Source of the DNA: a virus | Taxonomy: Duplodnaviria > Caudoviricetes | Direction: 5' to 3' (one strand) | IMG/VR virus record: IMGVR_UViG_3300032254_000001 | Location: 192,001 to 256,000 of that record | Length of the DNA stretch: 64,000 bases | Shown here: piece by piece, positions 46,113 to 55,300 of the stretch | How the letters are laid out: every line of letters begins with the position of its first letter | Numbering within the stretch: the first letter of the stretch is position 1 | Notes under the pieces: model-generated | What the model was told of the DNA's origin: nothing | The model's database searches: none | Seen by the model: only the letters and a program-made list of their open reading frames with translations | Made by a program: the position numbers and the translations under genes

Positions 46113-47310
46113 GTTATCATTGTGGCGCCAGGAAAAAACGAACGATTTTAAGTTTCTTGATAATATAATTAGGGAACAGTATGTAGTCGGGGGCCTTGAT
46201 ATCCACATACACAAGTACCTTGGCGTTAAAACTACCGCAGAACCATCAGGGGATGCAACTATCCCAACATACAACGAAACAAATCCTCTCTTTATAGAAG
46301 ATTTGTTATTGCTTGAAAACCGTAATCGCGATTACGAAGATGATGTGTACACAATGCGCGGTGTTTATCGCACACAAGATATCGACTTTGATTTAAGCCA
46401 ATTTGGACTTTTCCTCCAAAACGATACACTGTTTATTACCTTCCATTATAATGATATGATCGACCACCTTGGTCGAAAGCTAATGAATGGTGACGTACTT
46501 GAAATACCAAATTTACGTGATTATCATCCACTGGATGATTCTATCCCTAAAGCTTTACCAAAGTTCTACGTTATTAATGATGCGTCATTTGCAAGCGAAG
46601 GTTTCTCACAAACATGGTTACCTCACTTGTGGCGTGTAAAGGCTGTACCGTTAGTAGGCTCACAAGAGTACAACGATATTCTCGAAAACTACATAGACGA
46701 AGATGGCGGCATTGATGGTGATGACGGAGCCGGTAATGGAAGCGGAACGCTTGCGGATTACATGTGTCAACACAATAAAAACCTTGAACTAAATGATGCT
46801 ATTCTTACACAAGCCGAAGTTGAAGTTCCACTAAGTGGTTACGACATAAGTAACTTTTACATAGTTGAATATGACGAAGAAGGTTTACCCGTTGACACAT
46901 TCGGCTTACCAATAGATACAACATATATCACAGCTGATATAATTACTGTTACAGCTGACTTCGGTACTGCATCAACAAATACAAGAGGTGAGCTATCACT
47001 AGGGTACATGGACGGAGACGGACTTGCACCAAACGGTTGGCCTGTTTCACCAGGTACATCATTCCCAATTAATCCATCAATTGGCGATTATGTATTACGA
47101 CTAGACTACGCACCTAATAGATTGTTTAGATACAACGGTACCATTTGGGTTAAAGTAGAAGACAACATCAGAACTGATTTATACTTAGATGGCGATACTC
47201 AACGTAGTAACTTTGTTAACAACACAGATACCGTTAGCACTACCGACCGCGGTGATATACCAAGTAGACAATCACTTAGTGATTTACTTAAACCGTCATC
47301 TGATAATTAA
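46105..47310 (+). CDS. 14: Neck/head-closure protein (T4 gp14-like)
   Basis: Start MPKLSLWR after AAGGAG; IEDLLLLENRNRDY, DLSQFGLF, GDVLEIP; upstream of gp15. Confidence 0.7.
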   Translation: MPKLSLWRQEKTNDFKFLDNIIREQYVVGGLDIHIHKYLGVKTTAEPSGDATIPTYNETNPLFIEDLLLLENRNRDYEDDVYTMRGVYRTQDIDFDLSQFGLFLQNDTLFITFHYNDMIDHLGRKLMNGDVLEIPNLRDYHPLDDSIPKALPKFYVINDASFASEGFSQTWLPHLWRVKAVPLVGSQEYNDILENYIDEDGGIDGDDGAGNGSGTLADYMCQHNKNLELNDAILTQAEVEVPLSGYDISNFYIVEYDEEGLPVDTFGLPIDTTYITADIITVTADFGTASTNTRGELSLGYMDGDGLAPNGWPVSPGTSFPINPSIGDYVLRLDYAPNRLFRYNGTIWVKVEDNIRTDLYLDGDTQRSNFVNNTDTVSTTDRGDIPSRQSLSDLLKPSSDN

Positions 47311-47311
47311 T

Positions 47312-47520
47312 ATGTACATATACCTAATCACAAATTTATCTAACAATAAAGTTTATGTTGGACAAACTGTACAGAAGAATCCAAAGATGCATTGGTATGT
47401 GCATTAGAAGGAAGGCCAAGCACTAAGTGGACAAAAGAAATGAAAGAAAAAGCCTATAAAATGTTTAAAAGGAAAACTCGGAAACTAATCATCGGCAAAC
47501 ATGTATGGATGGAGGTGTAA
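47312..47520 (+). pseudogene. Internally deleted GIY-YIG homing endonuclease remnant
   Basis: MYIYLITNLSNNKVYVGQT...HWYVH*, then in another frame GRPSTKWTKEMKEK...IIGKHVWMEV*. Confidence 0.75.
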
Positions 47521-47521
47521 C

Positions 47522-48913
47522 GTGGCTGCTTTTCATTATGATCAACAAATAAGACGCTTCCTTTTACAGTTTGCTAGAATGTTTAGTAACTTCGAAGTTG
47601 AAAGCGGACTTGACAATACCGGCAATGCGACTCTTATTCGTGTGCCAGTGCGCTATGGCGATGCGACTAGACAAGCTGAAACTATCTTGCAGGAAAACTC
47701 TCGCAATAGTATTCCGTGTGCTCCGACAATGTCTTTTTATATTGACTCGTTAAAATATGATCGTCCTCGTATGCAGGAACCATATCACATTGACAAGAAA
47801 CAAGTTAAACAACGTGAGTGGGACGAAGGTTCACAGACATATGAAACTACACAAGGTAACGCATTTAGTCTTGAACGTCAGATGCCAGTGCCGTACTTAC
47901 TTGGTTTAAAATTAGATGTATGGACATCTAGTACAAACATGAAGCTTCAGTTAATGGAGCAAATCTTAACACTATTCAATCCAGCACTTGAGATACAGTC
48001 AACAGACAATTACTTAGACTGGACAAGCTTAAGCGTAGTTGAGTTAGCCGATGTTAACTGGAGTTCTCGTCAAGTTCCAAACAATGACGATGCAATCGAT
48101 ATCGCTACACTAAAATTTAATCTTCCAATTTGGATTAGCCCGCCTGCTCGTGTTACAAAGCAAGGTGTTGTCCATAAGGTTATTGCTAGCATATACGACG
48201 AAGCTGGTGAATATGTCGATGCTATTGACGCAGATAATATACTACTAGGTACCAGAGTTAAAATTACTCCACACGGTTATCAAGTATTGTTACTAGGCAA
48301 CGAGTTGCGTATTTTACCGCAACCAACACCAGGCGATAACGGAGACATTCAAACAATTCCAGATCCGGCCGATAATAATATTTCGTGGAGAGCAGTAATT
48401 GATGAGTACGGTGCATTAAACGATGGTATATCACAAATTCGAATTGAACCAGAAGATGAAAGTGACTCTGATATTGTTGGCACCGTTGCGTTCCATCCTG
48501 CAGATCCTAGTTCGTTACTATTTACAGTAGACACTGATACGTTACCTAGCAACACAGAGCTACCAGTTGATGCTGTTATTGATCCACTAGACGATGGCCC
48601 AGGCGTTGGGTTACCCGCTGCGGCACTAGGCGCGAGATACTTATTAGTTGATGACATCGGTAACATAGATAATACTGATATTGCTGATGCTTGGCAAGGA
48701 CCAGGTGCTCCACTAGTCGCAGTTAAAAATGATATTGTCGAGTACAACGGAACTGATTGGGTTGTTGCATTTGACGCATCAGCACATAATACAGATGCTC
48801 CTGCTTATGTTGCTAACTTAACAACGTCTATACAATTTAAATTCGACGGTAACGACTGGAAGCGAAGCTACGAAGGAATATACCCTGGAGGTAGATGGGG
48901 TCTAGTTCTTTAA
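47522..48913 (+). CDS. 15: Tail sheath stabiliser/terminator (T4 gp15-like) with C-terminal extension
   Basis: GTG start after GGAGGT; YDQQIRRFL.QF, VPVRYG, PVPY.L..KLDVW, EQIL.LFNP. Confidence 0.78.
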   Translation: MAAFHYDQQIRRFLLQFARMFSNFEVESGLDNTGNATLIRVPVRYGDATRQAETILQENSRNSIPCAPTMSFYIDSLKYDRPRMQEPYHIDKKQVKQREWDEGSQTYETTQGNAFSLERQMPVPYLLGLKLDVWTSSTNMKLQLMEQILTLFNPALEIQSTDNYLDWTSLSVVELADVNWSSRQVPNNDDAIDIATLKFNLPIWISPPARVTKQGVVHKVIASIYDEAGEYVDAIDADNILLGTRVKITPHGYQVLLLGNELRILPQPTPGDNGDIQTIPDPADNNISWRAVIDEYGALNDGISQIRIEPEDESDSDIVGTVAFHPADPSSLLFTVDTDTLPSNTELPVDAVIDPLDDGPGVGLPAAALGARYLLVDDIGNIDNTDIADAWQGPGAPLVAVKNDIVEYNGTDWVVAFDASAHNTDAPAYVANLTTSIQFKFDGNDWKRSYEGIYPGGRWGLVL

Positions 48914-48915
48914 GA

Positions 48916-48944
48916 TTGACAAATCTTACAATACCTGTTATACT
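48916..48944 (+). promoter_or_regulatory. Consensus sigma70 promoter
   Basis: TTGACA-N17-TATACT with TG extension, 8 nt before ATG 48953. Confidence 0.8.
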
Positions 48945-48952
48945 GAATTGAT

Positions 48953-49654
48953 ATGAAATATCATTATACTTACTTAATAACAAATTTACACCCACTCTCG
49001 AGAGAACGCTATTATATTGGTGTGCATTCAGCAAGTAGCGATAGCAACAATTACATGGGCTCAAGTAAATATCTTACTAAGGACATCATTCAACTCGGAA
49101 AAGAAAACTTTGAAAAAATAATTATCGAAATTTGGCCAACTCGAAAATTAGCAGAAGCGCATGAAATATGGCTTCATGGGTGGTATAACGTAAAAAATAA
49201 TAATTTATTCTATAATAGGGCTAATCAACTAGATAACGGATTCACTTCGTATGGAAACGTAGAGGTCGCTAACAGACGCATTACATCAATTATTAAATGT
49301 TGGGCAAACAAATCACCAAACGACATACTAGCACATGCCACAGTCGCTTCGAAAATATCAGCTAACACATGGAGCAAAAAAACACAACAAGAAAAAGATG
49401 ATATTTTCAAAAAGGTGTCATTAGGTAATAAGTTACACTGGACGAAGAAATCAGTAGAAGATAAAGATAAGTGGTCAAATAAGTTCAAAGAGATTTACAA
49501 TAATAAATCGCCAGAAGAAAAGAATATTATTGCAATTTGTAATTCAAAAGCCACAAAAGGAACAAAATGGTACACCAATGGAAAAGTTCGCAAACGCTGT
49601 TTACCAGGCCGTGAACCTGACGGTTTTGTCCTAGGACATAAAATAAATGTCTAA
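48953..49654 (+). CDS. GIY-YIG homing endonuclease
   Basis: YTYLITN...YYIGVH, YMGSS, GKENFEK, LFYN; C-terminal WYTNG...EPDGFVLG. Confidence 0.82.
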   Translation: MKYHYTYLITNLHPLSRERYYIGVHSASSDSNNYMGSSKYLTKDIIQLGKENFEKIIIEIWPTRKLAEAHEIWLHGWYNVKNNNLFYNRANQLDNGFTSYGNVEVANRRITSIIKCWANKSPNDILAHATVASKISANTWSKKTQQEKDDIFKKVSLGNKLHWTKKSVEDKDKWSNKFKEIYNNKSPEEKNIIAICNSKATKGTKWYTNGKVRKRCLPGREPDGFVLGHKINV

Positions 49655-50075
49655 AATAGAAGCAGTGGGTGTGTGGTTCTACAGTAAAGAAACTAACCGT
49701 CATCTTTACTTAATGCGCAATGACATAAAGTACAAAGGCCATTGGTCGCTCCCAGGTGGCAAGATCGAAGAAGGTGAAACATTACTTGAAGCAATCGAAC
49801 GTGAATGCACTGAAGAAATGGGTTTCATGCCCGAGTCTATTAAACTAATACCCATTGAAAAGTTTACTGCTAATGATGACTACTTTAGTTACCATACATT
49901 CTATTGCATTGTAGAAAAAGAATTCACACCAGAATTAAATCATGAGCATGTTGGATACGCTTGGATTAATTCAGATATTATCCCTAAGCCGTTACATCCG
50001 GGCTTGTGGGCTACATTAAAAATTGATGATATTTTTCAACGTATCAATACGTTAAAAGATTTGTACTTAAATTAG
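49647..50075 (+). CDS. Nudix hydrolase
   Basis: Nudix box GGKIEEGETLLEAIERECTEEMG. Confidence 0.92.
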   Translation: MSKIEAVGVWFYSKETNRHLYLMRNDIKYKGHWSLPGGKIEEGETLLEAIERECTEEMGFMPESIKLIPIEKFTANDDYFSYHTFYCIVEKEFTPELNHEHVGYAWINSDIIPKPLHPGLWATLKIDDIFQRINTLKDLYLN

Positions 50076-50725
50076 ATATCACACTGTGAAACAAACTCAG
50101 CTCGCGGCATCATATTAAAATTAATACACCTGCGCCAAGAGTCTGGGCTATTAACATCACTTACATGATGGAAAGTCACATCGTTGTATGTTTGCATTAC
50201 CTTTGTAACTGCATGAATCGTTTTCATATCAGCATCAGTTAAATCATATCCAAACATATAGATATCTGTGTGTCCGTCGAAACATGCAAGCCACAATGCT
50301 GTTGCTGGTGACACCATTAATGTGCCATGCGGTATTAGATAAAACTTTCCTGGGTTAGCAATACACAAAGCACCTGACGTATAAACAACATTGTCGATGT
50401 GATACCCTTCGCTAATGATCTCATCTAACTCAGGCTGAGTTAATACTATAGAGAAGTCTGCATTCATTTCTTTCCATGAATCGTTAACGGCATATAGCTG
50501 CATCTTGTTGCGGCCTAGTAGACCTCCGCTGTGATTCTGAAGTTGCTTTAGTGATGGAGATTTTATTATCCCGTGTGGCATAATACAACATGCCCTACAG
50601 CTTGAGCTCGTAACTTCGATTGGATTATCCACCCACTCTCGTGTTTGATCTTTACCGCCTTTCTTAAAAACAGTATTGGTAATTACAAACTCGCCCGGAT
50701 ACTCCGACCTATAGAATTTTTGCAT
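50072..50725 (-). CDS. DUF115/Maf-like putative sugar transferase-fold protein
   Basis: QLYAVN...ALWLAC.DG...IYMFGYD; paralogous pattern to 61151-61729. Confidence 0.5.
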   Translation of the reverse strand: MQKFYRSEYPGEFVITNTVFKKGGKDQTREWVDNPIEVTSSSCRACCIMPHGIIKSPSLKQLQNHSGGLLGRNKMQLYAVNDSWKEMNADFSIVLTQPELDEIISEGYHIDNVVYTSGALCIANPGKFYLIPHGTLMVSPATALWLACFDGHTDIYMFGYDLTDADMKTIHAVTKVMQTYNDVTFHHVSDVNSPDSWRRCINFNMMPRAEFVSQCDI

Positions 50726-50769
50726 GTCTTAATTGATTCCCTGGAATGTTCAGTTATATTTAGCCAAAT

Positions 50770-50791
50770 AAAAAGGGCCGAAGCCCTTTTT
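50770..50791 (-). terminator. Rho-independent terminator with C(UUCG)G tetraloop
   Basis: AAAAAGGGC-TTCG-GCCCTTTTT on minus. Confidence 0.9.
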
Positions 50792-50811
50792 ACTATATAG
50801 CTATGTTAAAG

Positions 50812-52236
50812 TTAAACTACAACTTCAATAACTGCTTCGCCTTCAGAATCTTCTAAAGCCTTAGCAATTACAGCACCCATCATAGGGTTAGCTTCTGCTC
50901 TCGCTCCGCCGTTGCCGTCACTTACAAGCATGTCGCCTTTCTTGATGCTACCGCTTACCTTACATGGAACTCGTCCACGTAATGCTACTGCTACACCGTC
51001 TGCGTCACTGTTCATTAAGTAAGCTGGGTTTGTTGAAACAATACCTGCTACTCGTTGATCGTGATCGTGGCCACAAGCTGTAACTTCCTTAGCACCACCA
51101 AAACATACTACAGTACCTGGAGCAATTTCGGCATCAGCTTCATATATTTCAGCTAAATCCGCGTACTGAGCAGATGTTGATTCACCGTAGAATGTAGTTG
51201 CATACATTGCGTTGAATACGTTACCACTTGCACCAACTGTACGAGTGTTGTTTGCATCTGGAACTAAGTTACCAGCAATGCTGTCACCAGTGTTAGAAAC
51301 AAACGCATCATCAACACTAAAATCGTTACCAGTTAATGTTAAGTTTGTGCCTGCTGTGTAAGCTGGTAAACCCTGGAACTGTGAAAATGTTAATGCATCA
51401 GTATCAAGAACAGCTATTGCCGGTGAACCACCGCCTGATAAACCAGTTTCTAATAGTGTCCAACCAGAAAGACCATTTGCTGAACCTTCGTTAATGAATG
51501 CAAATGTACCAGCTGTTACTTCACCTGATGGGTTACCATCGTAGTCAGTTGCACGAGTTAATACAAACGCAACACCGGCAGTACCTAATGTTGTCATTTC
51601 GTATATACCGTTATCAGCACCAGCTGCCTGGTCTTTAACCATAATACGATCGCCTAATTCAACTGCAATAGTATCAACTGTTAATACACCAACTGCATTA
51701 GCTGTTAATGTTTTACCAATACCTGAGCCTGCTGCTGTCACTGCTGGAAGAGCTGCATCTGTAGCTACTCGACATGCATCTTTAACTAATAAACCAGCTT
51801 GGGCTGAGTCTAACTGATTCTTAGTAACTGCATCTTGAGATGATACGCCATCAGCCATGTTAGTAATACGCTGGCTACCCATGTTGATTAAGCCAGTCAT
51901 TGTAACTGTACCATCAGCTAAGAAGATAGCATTACCATGAATACCATCAACCATATCTGCATCAATGCCAGAACCTGAACCGTCAACAGTAATTAATGCT
52001 GCTAGTATCTCAGCTGCTGATTGATCAGCCGTTGCACTTGCTTCAATTGCTGCAAGCTTTGATTTTTCAGCATCAGTATAACGTATTGTTGCTACGTCAA
52101 TAACAGTGCCACCACTATCTTTCATATAGATAATGCCGTCTGCTGTGTTTAATGCGAGTTCACCAGCTGCTAAGTCGCCTGGATTAGGCACTGCACTTGC
52201 TGTCGAACTCCTTTTAAGTAATATTGTATTTGCCAT
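50812..52236 (-). CDS. Tail fibre/spike protein (Mtd_N-like head, C-terminal intramolecular chaperone-like domain)
   Basis: ILLKRS...GELALNTADG; QDAVTKNQLD; C-terminal YADLAE.Y...VALRGRVPCKV...KGDML. Confidence 0.75.
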   Translation of the reverse strand: MANTILLKRSSTASAVPNPGDLAAGELALNTADGIIYMKDSGGTVIDVATIRYTDAEKSKLAAIEASATADQSAAEILAALITVDGSGSGIDADMVDGIHGNAIFLADGTVTMTGLINMGSQRITNMADGVSSQDAVTKNQLDSAQAGLLVKDACRVATDAALPAVTAAGSGIGKTLTANAVGVLTVDTIAVELGDRIMVKDQAAGADNGIYEMTTLGTAGVAFVLTRATDYDGNPSGEVTAGTFAFINEGSANGLSGWTLLETGLSGGGSPAIAVLDTDALTFSQFQGLPAYTAGTNLTLTGNDFSVDDAFVSNTGDSIAGNLVPDANNTRTVGASGNVFNAMYATTFYGESTSAQYADLAEIYEADAEIAPGTVVCFGGAKEVTACGHDHDQRVAGIVSTNPAYLMNSDADGVAVALRGRVPCKVSGSIKKGDMLVSDGNGGARAEANPMMGAVIAKALEDSEGEAVIEVVV

Positions 52237-52239
52237 TTT

Positions 52240-52360
52240 TATAGTCTCCTATGAGAGGTCAAATTATTAATTGGCTTATTAATAATGCCTTGCGGGTCAG
52301 GTTAACTTTCGCTAACGCCCAGTGGGTCAAGACTGGGGCAAATGCCCCAGTCGCCCGTTC
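52240..52360 (-). other. Candidate structured 5' leader RNA (multiple hairpins)
   Basis: 9-bp GC stem, GAAA- and GCAA-capped stems, 9-bp AU stem, short stem over the SD. Confidence 0.45.
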
Positions 52361-52362
52361 TA

Positions 52363-55300
52363 TTAGTACGAACCACCGTCTAAAGTGACATCTGGATCTA
52401 ATGTTGTACCTAAGTCTACTGGAGCTGGATCAACGCCATTTGACTGTAAGAATGTTACCGTACCTGCTACATTCTTAATCTTAACACCGCCTAAGTCAAT
52501 AGTTGTGCCTGATAAGTACAGATCTTTCCAACGATTAGTTAATGAACCTAAATCGTATGTTACGTCTGCTGATGGAATCATGTGTCCAGTTATATCAAAC
52601 TGTGTTGTGTTAGCTTGTATTGTAACACCACCGTCTGATACACCGTTAACACTTGTAGTAGTTGTTAACTCACGTACTTCAATAACATCGCCTGTTGCTG
52701 GAGCTTCAGTAAATGTTAATGTAGTACCAACAACACCGTAAGCTGTAGTTGGAAGCTGAACAACACCGTTAATGCTAACAATACATGAAGCAGTTGTTTG
52801 AGCACTTGCTAATGTAAATGCAGTTTCTAAATCATCACCTGCGAATGTTTCACTTGCAATGATTGTAAACTCTGTACCAAACGTTGCCCACACTGTGCCA
52901 TCAAAGAATTCATATTGATTAAACACTGTGTTATAACGCATCATACCAGCTATACCAACTGATGGACGTTCTAGTGTAGTACCAGTTGAAAGTATAGATG
53001 AAGTGTTGCCACCTACCTGGAACTCAACGTCTGTTAATATTGCTGCTGTACCAACGTTAACACTGTCTGAACCTGCATCAACAAATAATGCGTTAGCATT
53101 TCCGTTACCTTCAACGCGGAAGTTAAAATCACCGCCTGCATCGTTAATAGTAAGCTCTGTGCCCGCAGTTGCTGATATGTCATTACCATCAATAGTAACG
53201 TTATCAATTGCTGCTGAACCTGTTACAGTTACAACACCAGTCGCATTAATATCAGTTGTAGTTGTTAAACCAGTTACACCAAGTGTACCAGTTGTTGCAA
53301 CATTACCTGTTGTATCTGCTACTGTAAACGCACCAGCGTCTGCTGTAATACCACCGTTAAGTGTTGTTAAACCAGCTACTGTTAAAGTACCAGTAGATGC
53401 AACGTTACCAGTTGTATCTGCTACTGTAAACGCTGTTCCGTCTACTGCGATACCACCGTTAAGATTAGCTAGACCGCCAACTGTTGCTGTGCTTAATGTA
53501 GCCATTGCGCCAGTAGTACCATCAACTGTGAAGTTTGTACCATCTACTGCAATACCACCGTTAGCATTTAACAGAGCTGTCATTGTTGCTATACCAGTTA
53601 CACCAAGTGTACCAGCAATCTGAACGTTATCTGGTAAACCAATTGTTACTGTGTCTACACCTGTTACAACTTCAACTTCACTTGCTGTACCACTAAGTGT
53701 GAGTGTATCACCTCCTGATATTGTAGTTGGAGTAGTACCGTCTGTAAGTGTGAAACCAGTAGAAGCAGTTGCGTCTACGTATGCTTTAGTTGCTGCATCT
53801 TGTGCAAGTGCTGGATCTGCTAAGTTAGTAAGCTTGTTTGCGCCTGCATCAAATACTGAAAGTGCATCTAATGTTACTGCGCCAACTTGTAAGCCACCGT
53901 TTAAGTCAGTTAAACCAGTTACTGTTAATGTACCGTCTGTTGCAACATTACCTGTAACATCTGCTACAGTAAATGCAGTACCGTCTACAGCAATACCACC
54001 GTTTAGGCTAGCTAAACCAGCTGAGTCCATTGTACCAGCAACTACAGTATTACCGTTAGTTGTATCAACGCTAAATGTTGTGCCCGATGTGCCATCTTGT
54101 ATTAAGAATACATCACCTACGCCACCTGTTAATGTAACGTCGGCGCCAAATGTTACTGCACCGTCTGCGTTTAATGTACTTGCTGTGCTTACTGCACCAG
54201 TTGTACCGCTAACTGTAAAGTTTGAACTATCAACTGCAATACCACCGTCTAATGTTGCAAGACCAGCTGTATTTAAAGTACCAGCAATTGTTGTGTTACC
54301 TGTACCGTCTGCTACGATAAATGCATTTGTATCAACTGTGATGCCGCCGTTTAAAGCTGCGCCAGTTGTAACTGTTAATGCACCACCAATAGTAACGTCA
54401 TCTGGTAAACCAATTGTTAAAGTATCTGTTGCTGTTACCGCAACGTTAACTTCATTAGCTGTACCGTTTACTGTTAATGTATCACTACCAGCAATTACTT
54501 GTGGTGTAACACCATCTGTAATAGTCCAACCAGCTTCAACTAAGCTATCTACATAACCTTTGTTTGCTAAGTGTGCATCAAGTGATGGAGATGTTGCCCA
54601 TGATATAGAACCAATAGCTGCATCAACAGTGTAAGCACCGTCCATTGTATCGCCAGTGTTAAGTAACTTACCGTCTAATGCAGTTTGTAAACCATCTACG
54701 TTTGCAATGATATGTGCGTGACTATCGTCAACTACTGTTACCGTTAATGTGCCGCCAGCTAAGTCAGTCATTGTGATTGAACCAGTTGCGTCACCACCCA
54801 ATGTAATAACTGGATCTGGCTTATTAGTTGTGTTAGTCCAATCTAAGTAGTAAGTACCTTCTTGACCGTCTAATAAGTCTGCGTCTAAGAATGAGCCTGC
54901 ACCTTGTGGTGATACGTTTAAAGTATTACCGGCGTATTCTAAGTTAGTTCCTGCTGCAATACTGCCTGGACCAGTAATTTCTACCCAAGAATCTGTATCT
55001 GCGTTATACAAGTATGTGTGTCCATAATGCACTGAATCTGGATCAGAACATAAAACAGTAATACCTTGTACAATTTCTGTTTCGCCTGCTGCTAAACCAC
55101 TACGTCCTTCTGGGAAAGACCAACTTGCTGCTGTAGTTCCGTTACCTGTACCGGTGAACTCAATTAAATCGCCTTTCTTAATGTTATTTGTAACATCAAG
55201 CGCGGCACCGCTGCCAGCACCGCCGATGCCTGTTGCTACGAAGCTCACGCCAACTGTGTCAGCAGATGCGCCAATTGCTATAAAGTCTGTGGTACCAACT

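Noticed and set aside
50812-52236. Diversity-generating retroelement target (Mtd-like N-terminus)
   Set aside because: No reverse transcriptase and no adenine-variable TR/VR pair seen in the window; the C-terminus looks like a chaperone/cleavage domain, not a CLec fold.
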